This document shows, piece after piece, positions 24,795 through 33,506 of a stretch of 64,000 nucleotides of DNA (its first letter is position 1; each line of letters opens with the position of its first letter). The DNA is from an uncultured delta proteobacterium (GTDB lineage: Bacteria > Desulfobacterota > Syntrophobacteria > Syntrophobacterales > Syntrophobacteraceae). The notes below the pieces were generated by a model. That model did not search any database and was not told the DNA's origin. It saw nothing but the letters and a program-made list of their open reading frames with translations. Position numbers and translations under genes: made by a program. The stretch covers positions 64,001-128,000 of the forward strand of contig CAWEHK010000021.1 in NCBI GenBank assembly GCA_963808625.1. Reading direction: 5' to 3'.

Positions 24795-25813
24795 TGGAAG
24801 CGGTCGGTCCCATCGGAGTCGTCGGAGCAGGAAGCTGGGGAACCACGCTGGGTCAACTCCTGGCCGCAAACGGCTATAAGGTTGACTTATGGGTATATGA
24901 AGACGAGCTATGCCGGACTATTCGAGAAACTCGAGAAAACACGTATTATTTGCCGGGATTCCTGCTCCATGAGAACATCGTTGCCCACCACGAATTAAGA
25001 CAGGTGGTGGAAGGCCATGACCTGGTGGTGATGGTGGTTCCCTCCCATGTCTATCGCCGGACTGCCGGGCAGATGCTCCCCTTCCTGAAGCGCAACGCCG
25101 TCATTGTGAGTGCGACCAAGGGCATTGAAAACGGCACCTTGCGCATCATGTCGGAGGTCTGGAAGGACGTTTTGACCGCGCCCGATTTCGTTCACGTTCT
25201 TGCCCTGTCCGGGCCCTCCTTTGCACGTGAGGTCATCCGCCGGATCCCAACAGCCATTGTCGTTGCCGGCGAGGACCTTGAGCTCGCGCGATGGGTTCAA
25301 CGGATCTTCTCGACAAACTATTTTCGAGTCTATACGAGTTCCGACAAAAAGGGTGTGGAGCTGGCTGGGGCGCTAAAGAATGTCATTGCCATCGCGGCCG
25401 GGATCAGCGACGGTTTGAATTTTGGACACAATACCCGCGCCGCCTTGATTACCAGAGGGCTTGCTGAAATCTCCCGTCTGGGTCTTAAAATGGGGGCAAA
25501 TGTTTTGACCTTTTCAGGGCTGTCTGGTATTGGGGACCTCCTTTTGACCTGCACCGGTGATTTAAGCCGCAATCGGCAAGTCGGTCTGCAGTTGGGACAG
25601 GGCCGAAGGATTGAAGAAATTCTCGGGGAGATGCGCATGGTGGCGGAAGGAGTGAAAACGGCTCAATCCGTGCATTTCCTGGCGCAACGGATGAATGTTG
25701 AAATGCCGATTTGCGAGCAGGTTTACCAGGTGGTGCACGAAGCCAAGCCGCCGCAAAGGGCGGTGCAGGAGCTGATGGAGAGAAGTCTTAAGCACGAACT
25801 GGAAATCCCCTGA
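24794..25813 (+). CDS. gpsA: NAD(P)H-dependent glycerol-3-phosphate dehydrogenase
   Basis: GAGSWGT, LSGPSFA, ALKNVIAI, GDLLLTC...SRN. Confidence 0.97.
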   Translation: MEAVGPIGVVGAGSWGTTLGQLLAANGYKVDLWVYEDELCRTIRETRENTYYLPGFLLHENIVAHHELRQVVEGHDLVVMVVPSHVYRRTAGQMLPFLKRNAVIVSATKGIENGTLRIMSEVWKDVLTAPDFVHVLALSGPSFAREVIRRIPTAIVVAGEDLELARWVQRIFSTNYFRVYTSSDKKGVELAGALKNVIAIAAGISDGLNFGHNTRAALITRGLAEISRLGLKMGANVLTFSGLSGIGDLLLTCTGDLSRNRQVGLQLGQGRRIEEILGEMRMVAEGVKTAQSVHFLAQRMNVEMPICEQVYQVVHEAKPPQRAVQELMERSLKHELEIP

Positions 25814-25834
25814 AAACCGGAACGTAAGGGAACT

Positions 25835-27222
25835 ATGCCGCCACTTTTGATGTCAAACATTTATGAACGGGTGAGAGAAAAAAAAGAAAGCTACCGGCGC
25901 TATAACTTCGAACGGCTTCAGGAGGAGGCGTTTGCCGCTTTTTTTGATCTCGCTCAAGAATATACCACGCATCGATTACCTCTATCAGATCTGCGTGGCG
26001 GTCCCCAAAGAGTTTTTTGGACTGGAAAGCCGGCTTTATGTGATCGATCCCAAAACGTCCCGGCTGGAAAGCGTATGCAGCAGCGAGAGCGGCTTGCTTC
26101 CGGTTGAAGAGCGCACCCATTCTGATTTGCGGCTTGCCGAAGCCATTTACGAGACGGACGAGGCGTGGGTTTTTCCCATCCGGGGAAACCAGGCCCTCAC
26201 CAAGTGGATTCCTTTCCTCGATCAAAGTCAGGTATTGGGCCTGTTCGAAGTCTCTCCGAAGGAAAAGGTGGATGAAAAAGAACACTTCTTCTTAGAGAAG
26301 TTCACCAATCGGATTGGCTACAATCTTCACCAGAAGCTTCTCATCCAGCACAACATCAACCACCTTAAATTCATCAACCAACTGGTTTCGGACATCGAAC
26401 ACAATGTTATCTCACCGAACATGTATTACAAGCTCTTCCTGCTCCGTCTGAGAAAGGCCATTTCCGAGTACCACCGAATTCAGGGAGAGATTCAAGAGGT
26501 TATCCTTGCTTCTCGAGACGCCAACGAAGCCTTGTCAGGAACAACTGAACGAAATCGCTCATGCCCTGAGTCGGAACAACGCGAACCTGGAGCAGGAAGG
26601 CACAGCTTTTTCAAAGCATTACGAACATACCAGTCTCTTTCTTGAGACCCTGCTCCGTCGAGACCATTTCCTGAAGGGCACGTATGTCCTGAGAAAACAG
26701 CCCTGCAACTTTAGAACGGAAATCATCCAACCGCTCCTGGAGCGATACTTACCACTCTTCGATAAAAAAGGAATAGTGGTGGAGAACAGCCTCGAGGACG
26801 TGCCCGACGAACAAATTACACTCTATGTTGACAAGGGGCTCATTTCGCAGGTCTTCGACAATCTTTTTTCCAATGCGTTGAAGTACACGGAGACGGTGGA
26901 GGACCAACTGGGCAACCAGATCAAACTGGTCTCCTACCATCGCCGGATCTTAAAGAACGTTTTTGGTGAGGAGATCAGCGGAGTACGGTTCAATTTCTTC
27001 ACCACGGGCAGACCCCTGTCCGAGAAAGAAGCGCGCCGGGTGTTTGATGAGGGGTACCGGGCGTCCTCGACGGCATCGGAGCAGGGCACGGGACACGGCC
27101 TTCATTTTGTCCGGAATGTGGTGGAAATTCATGGTGGTACGGTGGGGTTCGAACCCCAGCCCTATGGTAACCTGATCTACTTCATTTTGCCCCTGAAACA
27201 CGAAGAGACCATTAGTGCATGA
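25835..27222 (+). CDS. Cytoplasmic sensor histidine kinase (frameshifts near 25968 and 26545)
   Basis: H-box-like SDIEHNVISP; HATPase N-box QVFDNLFSNALKY and GTGHGL..VRNVVEIHGG; three overlapping ORF pieces. Confidence 0.85.
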
Positions 27223-27355
27223 GCATCGGTGATCTACATGTCTCGCCGATAATTACGGTGATCCCTGGAAGAGAATACGGGATTCACCCCATTTCAATGA
27301 GCTCGAGAATCTCGTAGAAAACATCCTCAGAAGCCACGCCTCTCACCCTTTTTGG

Positions 27356-27397
27356 AAAGCCGGGCGGCATGAAAATGCCGCCCGGCTTTTCTTTTCT
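27356..27397 (+). terminator. Rho-independent terminator
   Basis: AAAGCCGGGCGGCAT-GAAA-ATGCCGCCCGGCTTT followed by TCTTTTCT. Confidence 0.85.
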
Positions 27398-27627
27398 GGG
27401 TGCGTCGTAAAGCGCTCTCAATTCATGCTTCAGCAAAGCATCCTGGCGCGTCCCATACGCACTCGAGAAACCAACCCGATGGTCTCATGCTGTTTCTCCT
27501 TTATCATCGAGATCAGGAAAATCTTCGCATACTGGCCTTCGGTTCGAGTAAACAGGAAATAGGCGATGGCGATTCCGATCACTGCCCCAGGTACAGCACC
27601 GCAAAAATATGTGTCCGAATTCAGTTC

Positions 27628-27689
27628 GTCATACCGGCGAAAGCCGGTATCCGGGCAGTTTTTCCAGATTCCGGTTGCCACCGGAATGA
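27628..27689. repeat. GTCATACCGGCGAAAGCCGG-type palindromic repeat element
   Basis: GTCATACCGGCGAAAGCCGGTATCC...GATTCCGGTTGCCACCGGAATGA; a related half copy lies at 46965-46988. Confidence 0.65.
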
Positions 27690-27781
27690 GGTGTAAGGAT
27701 CTTGATCACTTTATTCTGCGGAGCTGTATAAAGCGTATCCAGAGCCCGGTGCAGACCGATCTTAGGATCTACCGGCAGAGC

Positions 27782-28810
27782 TCACCTTTGCCAGAACGGC
27801 CGCGCCTTTTCGGCGGTCAGCTCCGGCGCCGAGAACGTGGCCATGTCGCCCAGCATCACCTCGAAACCGGTAATATCGCTGCGCACCCAGGGAGCGTAGT
27901 TGCTGCGCACGGTGAGGACCACTCGCAGCTCCAGGTCGTCCGAGCCATCTTCCAGGAGAAGCAGCCCGAGATTGTAACCATTGCGGCCGAGGCTGCGGTA
28001 GAACTGTTGGGCGTTCAGCACGCCTTGCGCCAGGGCCTGCCAGTGATCGTCGGTAGCCTGGCGCAGGGAGGTAACTCCTGGCAGAATGCCCCAGATTTCA
28101 AAAAAGCCCTCGGGTGCAAAAGCGGCCAGCCATTGCCAGGAACCGGTAGCGCCGATGGTGCGCTGCCCTGACTGTTTTTCAGATTGCAGATAAGCGGAGA
28201 AAAGACGTACGCTGGATTGACGGTGATACTCGGCGGCACGGCCTTGCAGGAAACGTTGGAAATTGGCGGGTGTACGGTCGGCCTGCGCCTGCAGGTGGGG
28301 ATGGAGCAAAGATCCGCCGGCCGAGGGCAGGTGATTCTGGGTGATGGCCATGAAGACCGCTGCAGGATCATGGGACAAGACCCGTAAAAGATAGTCCCGG
28401 CAGTTGAGGAAACTGTCCGTGTAGGATTGCAGAGCTGCCGTGCCGATCTCCACGAAGTGGCCATCGTCGAAAAGGCTTACCGCCGAGTAGCGCCCGTAGG
28501 GAAACAGGTTGGGAAAAAGCGTGGAGGTCCCTCGGGTCATGCGACCTTGCGGACACAGCTCAGGCGGAAACTGCGGGGTGCACGTGGCGATCCGGGCACG
28601 GCAAAACGGGCACTTGTCCCGGTCAGCGGCAAAGGGCGGCGGTGCGGGCAGAGCTTCCATGCCGGGCTCGCACTCTTCGCCGCGGCTGTAAGTAATCCGG
28701 CAGGTGCGCCCCGTGATGGGATGGGTGCGGATCTCGATGGGGCGATCGGCAGGAACGCCGGTGGGCAGCACAATCCGGGAATGAAATCTTTCCTGTTTAA
28801 ACTGCAACAT
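27782..28810 (-). CDS. GalT-like nucleotidyltransferase (HIT superfamily)
   Basis: R..PITG, CPFC, FPNLFPY, AGGSLLHPHLQ (HPHxQ). Confidence 0.85.
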   Translation of the reverse strand: MLQFKQERFHSRIVLPTGVPADRPIEIRTHPITGRTCRITYSRGEECEPGMEALPAPPPFAADRDKCPFCRARIATCTPQFPPELCPQGRMTRGTSTLFPNLFPYGRYSAVSLFDDGHFVEIGTAALQSYTDSFLNCRDYLLRVLSHDPAAVFMAITQNHLPSAGGSLLHPHLQAQADRTPANFQRFLQGRAAEYHRQSSVRLFSAYLQSEKQSGQRTIGATGSWQWLAAFAPEGFFEIWGILPGVTSLRQATDDHWQALAQGVLNAQQFYRSLGRNGYNLGLLLLEDGSDDLELRVVLTVRSNYAPWVRSDITGFEVMLGDMATFSAPELTAEKARPFWQR

Positions 28811-28964
28811 TGGCGTTTTCCTCTGATTCCATGCACAAAAAAACTGCCCCAGTTTTCCTGGTATACTTGTTTAGCTTGAGAAGTCACGTTCTTGGATTCA
28901 CGCGGAGGCGCGGAGAACGCAGAGAAGGCCCCTTGAGATGAATCTCCACGCGAAATGGGCTCCA

Positions 28965-29372
28965 TCACTGTGATCGCACTTCCAGCCTCAGCCCCTCGAT
29001 CTTCTCGAAATCGCGCCGGTTAGCCGTGATAACCGAATAGTCAAGGGAAATGGCCGTGGCTGCGATGATCAGGTCGTGGGCGCCGATGGTCAATCCCTTC
29101 TTTGCCAGGGAGGCCCAGATGCGTGCATAAATGCGCGCCACCGTGGTGTCGAAGGGAAAGATGGGGAATGACTCCAACACCTTTTCAACGAAGGACTGGC
29201 GCTTCAGCCGACGGGCCTCGGTATCGGCGCGTTCCACTCCATGCAGCAGTTCCGCAACGGTAACCACACTGATGCCGAATGGTTCATCCTCGCGACCAGA
29301 CACGAGGATTTGCACCTGTGCTCGGTTCCGTTCAAGGGAGATGATTTCGCTGGAATCAAAGATTACCCCCAT
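28965..29372 (-). CDS. vapC: VapC PIN-domain toxin
   Basis: DSS, SVVTVAEL..G, GAHDLIIAATA, TANRRDF. Confidence 0.93.
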   Translation of the reverse strand: MGVIFDSSEIISLERNRAQVQILVSGREDEPFGISVVTVAELLHGVERADTEARRLKRQSFVEKVLESFPIFPFDTTVARIYARIWASLAKKGLTIGAHDLIIAATAISLDYSVITANRRDFEKIEGLRLEVRSQ

Positions 29373-29644
29373 ACCGTATCCTCCGGCAGAGGGGGTTGGG
29401 CTTTGACTGCCCCAAGAACGTCATCGGCAAAGTTGATGTCATCGGGATCGAGCTTCGGTAAGGTCTGAAAAATGCCTTTCAAATCGCCCATATGTCGGGG
29501 AGAACCGGCTTCATCAACCGGGACAAGGGCCGCCGCCGGTTTTCCCCCGCGAATGATCGTATAGCGGTCCCCACGGTATTTGATGTTGTTCAACAGTTCG
29601 GAAAAATGTCTGACCGCCTCGGTAGCGCTTATGTCTGGTCGCAT
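29363..29644 (-). CDS. Phd/YefM-family antitoxin
   Basis: ISATEAVRHFSELL...IIRGGKPAAALVP; overlaps the vapC start. Confidence 0.9.
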   Translation of the reverse strand: MRPDISATEAVRHFSELLNNIKYRGDRYTIIRGGKPAAALVPVDEAGSPRHMGDLKGIFQTLPKLDPDDINFADDVLGAVKAQPPLPEDTVWG

Positions 29645-29733
29645 GGTTTCCTCCTCGTAAAATATTATTATCATATTTTACACAAACAATGCGTGACCGG
29701 CAAGAGGACTCTGCCCCAATCGGGATAAATCGA

Positions 29734-29905
29734 CATCGCCTCATGCAGCCCGAAGCCCCAGCCTCGACCCATCTCCAGAGTGACGTGGGAGAGCATGGCA
29801 TTGCACACGGGATTTTCAAATCACCTTTCCCATCCGCTCTGCGATAATGAGCAATACTGCAATTTCCCAGCGACCCGCGAGAGCCAGAAGAGGCAGCGCC
29901 AGGAC
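29734..29905 (-). pseudogene. MFS transporter remnant
   Basis: LPLLALAGRWEIAVLLIIAERMGKVI / (frameshift) NAMLSHVTLEMGRGWGFGLHEAM resembles the MFS pattern ER.GK..R.P.RDAML...RG.GFG.H.AMD; lacks both ends. Confidence 0.7.
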
Positions 29906-30178
29906 ATCGCGCACGATGCGACGCAGGGGGATAACCTGGCTGCTGACGATCAGGTTGTGACATGCCTCAGAAGAGGATTTCGCGATCTTACCTTGACTTG
30001 ATTTCTTATTCGTTGAGTACCGTGCCATTCAATGACTGTCTGACGATTTCCATTTCCACTCGAATGCTCCTTCTTCCTGTCTGGGCCGGCCCTGACCCGG
30101 AATGCTTGGTGATGGTGTTCTAAATTCTCGCGCCTTCCCACCGTAGAGCGTTTCCGTGGCGGGTCTCCAATTTGGATA

Positions 30179-30227
30179 TTGACATTCTGAATTATACGCA
30201 TATAAACGTATAGTAATATATTGCTAT
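30179..30227 (+). promoter_or_regulatory. Sigma-70 promoter with overlapping palindromes (candidate ArsR operator)
   Basis: TTGACA (30179) - 16 nt - TATAAA (30201); TATACG-N8-CGTATA (30193-30212) and ATAGTAATATATTGCTAT (30210-30227). Confidence 0.6.
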
Positions 30228-30444
30228 ACCAATTTGGAATGTTTTAAGGCCTTGTTTGAGATCAGTCGAAAGGGCCTCAGCAGGGCTTCCAGTGACCGGA
30301 CAATAGGGAGGAGTGTCTCTGATGAAAAAGGCGAGCGCTGTCATCTTCGGAACTGCCGCAGAAGTGCCTGCCGGCTCGGCATAAAACAGGATGGATGATT
30401 GTCTATGGAAAAGCCAGCCCGAGGAAAGCCGTTAAGGGGGCTCG

Positions 30445-30807
30445 ATGGAGCAAAAGAGAAGGAGGAACATCCTGTTGCCGCGGCGCAGGAGGCAATGGTG
30501 CTGCGCGAGCGAGCACTTCCAGACCGTCGCTTTTCTTGCAAAGAGCCTATCGGATGAGAACCGGCTGCGGATCATCCTCTGCGTGAGCAACGGCAAGAAG
30601 TCCGTCTCGAGCATCGTTGAGGAACTCGGTCTTTCGCAGCCCCTGGTTTCCCATCACCTGAAGGAGCTCAAGCGATCGCTGCTGGTCAAGATCGAGCGCA
30701 ACGGCCCTTTCATCTATTACGAACTGGTTGATGCGAGAATCCTCGATGTCTTTCGGACATTGAGCACCGTGGCAACGGATTTGCTGACCGCAAGGAAAAC
30801 CTTTTGA
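30445..30807 (+). CDS. ArsR/SmtB-family metalloregulator (TsoR-like)
   Basis: AKSLSDENRLRII...LSQPLVSHHLKELK...ERNGPFIYY; N-terminal start uncertain. Confidence 0.92.
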   Translation: MEQKRRRNILLPRRRRQWCCASEHFQTVAFLAKSLSDENRLRIILCVSNGKKSVSSIVEELGLSQPLVSHHLKELKRSLLVKIERNGPFIYYELVDARILDVFRTLSTVATDLLTARKTF

Positions 30808-30832
30808 GAGAGGCGGAGGTGATCTGATCCGT

Positions 30833-31282
30833 ATGGAAGAGATGCTGAAAATAGTTGGCCACATGGATCCGGAAGAAGCGCTCACCGAAATATCCCAAGT
30901 CCTGAAAGTGCTTTTCTCCGCTTTGGGTGAAGAGGCGCGTTCGCAATTCCTGTGGGACCTCATGGGAGAGTCCCGGGGCGACAAGGTGTCGAGCCTGGTC
31001 CATCTCTGACTGGCCGAATGCATGGGCGAAGGTGTCGACCCGACGCAAATGTGTCAGAGACTGGTGGATAAGGTTGCCCAATCCAAACAACTGATGGCGA
31101 TGACCGATCCGGATCTCCTGGTGCTGTTCGAAGACTGGTTTGAAGAACTGGAAGAGGAGATCATCTCGCTCGTCAGCGAGCATGGCCCTCTCAAAGCGGG
31201 AGAGCTTGCCGAAAAGACCGGGCTCTCCCTGCGGGGGGCAACCTTCCTCCTCTCAAAGCTCAAACGTGAGGGAAAATTGTAG
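30833..31282 (+). CDS. tsoA: LULAxC-motif selenoprotein (TsoA-like, 149 aa; Sec59, TGA 31007-31009) with C-terminal winged helix
   Basis: RBS GGAGGTGAT; MEEMLK...SSLVHL-U-LAECMGEG... reads in frame into ORF 31022..31282; SECIS-like hairpin; family name from memory. Confidence 0.8.
31024..31041 (+). promoter_or_regulatory. Putative SECIS hairpin of the tsoA-like gene
   Basis: GGGCGA / AGGTG / TCG-A-CCC; loop 20 nt after UGA. Confidence 0.55.
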
Positions 31283-31320
31283 AACCTGAGCAGTCTTCAT
31301 TCTGCAGGAAAGGTCTTCTA

Positions 31321-33153
31321 ATGCAGAACAAGAGAACGACCTTCACAGCCCTTGTGGCGGTACTGCTTACGGTTGGGGCCCTCTGGCTTACCAATCGCGC
31401 CGTTACTCCCAAGCAGGCTGCATGGGACGATGTTTTGGCCGAAGCGACAGCCGGAGGCTACAAGATTATCACCACCGACGAGCTTTCCGAGCGCTATCAA
31501 AACGATGCCAAAAGCCTTCTCCTGGTGGACACTCGCCAGGAATGGGAGTATCGGACAGGGCATCTCCCGGGAGCGGTAAACTTTCCCATGGAGCCGACCT
31601 CATGGTCGAGATGGCGCAAGGCATCGGCACTCGAAACCTTCCTCGGGCCGGATAAGGATCGCACCATCATCTTCTACTGAGCGGGCCTCACCTGAGTCCG
31701 CAGCGACTCGGCGGCCCGTGTGGCCGTAAAGCTCGGTTATCAGAACGTCTACCGCGACCCTTATGGCTATCCTGAATGGCAGGGGAGAGGGTTGCCCGTT
31801 GCGAGCGCCCCGGCAGGCCTAGCCCAAACAAGCGAAGAGCCCAAGGCGCCGGGACCTCTTTACGGCTGGGCCATGATCTGGACCCTGTTGGGCATCTTCG
31901 CCGGTGGCATGGCCTTGAACCTCACCCCTTGCGTCTACCCCCTGATTCCTATTACCGTCTCCTACTTTGGCGGCCAGGCCACAAAGGGAGGAGAAGGCCA
32001 GGGAAAGCTCGTGGCGCACGGTCTGTGTTATATGATGGGCCTGGCGGTTGCCAATTCGGTCCTTGGAGTGGCAGCCTCTCTCACCGGCGGTCTCATGGGA
32101 GGAATGCTCCAGAATCCCATTGTCCTTATTCTGGTAGCGGCGGTTCTGGTCTTTTTTGCAGCGAGCCTCTTCGGGCTGTGGGAAGTCCGTCTTCCGAGCG
32201 GCCTTACGCAGGCTGCCGCAAAATCGTATACGGGCTACTTCGGAAGCCTCTTCATGGGGCTGACCCTCGGAGTGGTCGCAGCTCCCTGTATCGGTCCTTT
32301 CGTGTTGGGGCTCCTCACCTGGGTTGCCAGCATGGGAAGCCCATGGCTCGGGTTTGTGATCTTTTTTACCTTGAGTCTGGGCCTGGGACTGCCGCTCTTC
32401 CTCCTTGCCATGTTTTCGGGGCAACTGGAAAAACTCCCCCGCTCGGGAGGTTGGATGATCTGGGTGAGAAAGCTCATGGGCTGGGTCCTGGTCGCAATGG
32501 CCGTCCATTTTATGAGGCCGGTTCTTCCCGGTCACTGGGGAACCATTCTGCTTGCCCTTGTCGCCCTGGCTGCAGGGTTGCACCTGGGGTGGATCGACAA
32601 AAGCCAGGCCAACTTCCGTGCTTTCCCCTGGCTTAAGGGCGGAGCGGGGGTGGCATGCCTGGTTCTGGCCGCCTTCCTCCTCGCGTCATGGGCGATGCAA
32701 GGCCCCGGCGTCACCTGGAAGCCCTACTCGGAGGAGACTCTGAAAGAGGCCCAAAACTTGAGGAAGCCGGTCATCATCGATTTCTATGCCACCTGGTGCA
32801 CGCCATGCCGTGAGCTTGAGGAAGTCACGTTTCACGATGCCTCGGTCGTAAAGCTGGCCGAGAGCGACTTTATCATGGTCAAAGTGGATGTGACCAAAGG
32901 CGGTAACCCCGTGCACGAACGCTTGCTGCAGCAATACGAGGTGAAGGGGGTCCCGACCATAGTGTTCCTGGATAGCAGCGGCAAGGAAAAGCGGGATCTG
33001 CGCCTGGTGGATTTCCTCCCGGCCGATCAGTTCCTTGGCCGCATGGCAGAGCTCAAGAAAGGCGCGCAGCTAAAGAAAAGGAGAAGAAGCGATGCTGAAG
33101 GTGAGATTTTTCCTGAACGAGCCCGGCGGCAAGCCCTGAAGGCATTTCGCTGA
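31321..33153 (+). CDS. tsoB: Rhodanese-DsbD(beta)-thioredoxin fusion selenoprotein (TsoB-like) with two Sec (TGA 31678-31680 and 31693-31695)
   Basis: ORFs 31321..31680 and 31720..33153 share a frame, joined by IIFY-U-AGLT-U-VRSDSAA (rhodanese loop FYCxGxxCxRS). Then LTPCVYP and AAPCIGP (DsbD/CcdA transmembrane cysteines) and FYATWCTPC (Trx). The true stop may be TAA 33071-33073 after a terminal indel. Family name from memory. Confidence 0.88.
31681..31727 (+). promoter_or_regulatory. Two overlapping SECIS-like hairpins serving tandem UGA codons
   Basis: HP1: GCGGGCC(31681-87)/GGCCCGT(31713-19) plus CTGAGTC(31692-98)-CGCAGC-GACTCGG(31705-11); HP2: GCGGCC(31711-16)-CGTGT-GGCCGT(31722-27). Confidence 0.65.
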
Positions 33154-33430
33154 AATCATCCCCAGGCTGGGGAAAAAGTACCAGGTGGAAATCGAGACCA
33201 CATCCAAACCCAACCAGGAGTATCGTACCGAAGAATACGCCGGACTGGGGCTGCCGATGGCCCCGGCGATCATGGTCGGAGATGAGCTCATCGTGCAGGG
33301 CTGTGACGTGGATGAAGACAAGCTTGAGGCTGCCATCTGCCGGCATCTTGGGTTGCCTGAACCGGAACCGCGGAAGAAGGGGATCTTTGACAGGTTTCTC
33401 GGGAGGGGAATAAGCAAAGAGGGCAGGTGA
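33092..33430 (+). CDS. tsoC: NEPxGxxU-motif thioredoxin-like selenoprotein (TsoC-like, 112 aa; Sec16, TGA 33137-33139)
   Basis: RBS AAGGAG; MLKVRFFLNEPGGKP-U-RHFAEIIP... in frame with ORF 33185..33430 (APAIMVGDE cis-Pro-like loop); family name from memory. Confidence 0.82.
33159..33173 (+). promoter_or_regulatory. Putative SECIS hairpin of the tsoC-like gene
   Basis: TCCCC / AGGCT / GGGGA; loop 24 nt after UGA. Confidence 0.5.
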
Positions 33431-33506
33431 AAGAGGCTACCGATGATGGGCAGCGCCAACCAGGCGTGTACAAGAATCAATAGAGAACTCTAGAGAACTC
33501 TCCACC

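Noticed and set aside
27430..27600. Possible membrane-protein (TSUP-like) fragment PGAVIGIAIAYFLF
   Set aside because: Too short to assign; interrupted by a palindromic repeat.
30322..30444. Short ORF or alternative Cys-rich N-terminal extension upstream of the ArsR gene
   Set aside because: Would need one or more indels to be assumed; cannot be supported from sequence alone.
31321..31680. Stand-alone rhodanese ending at IIFY, with a separate DsbD gene from 31720
   Set aside because: The 'stop' falls exactly on the catalytic Cys position, and the rest of the rhodanese fold (AA..GY.NVY....G..EW) lies downstream in the same frame.
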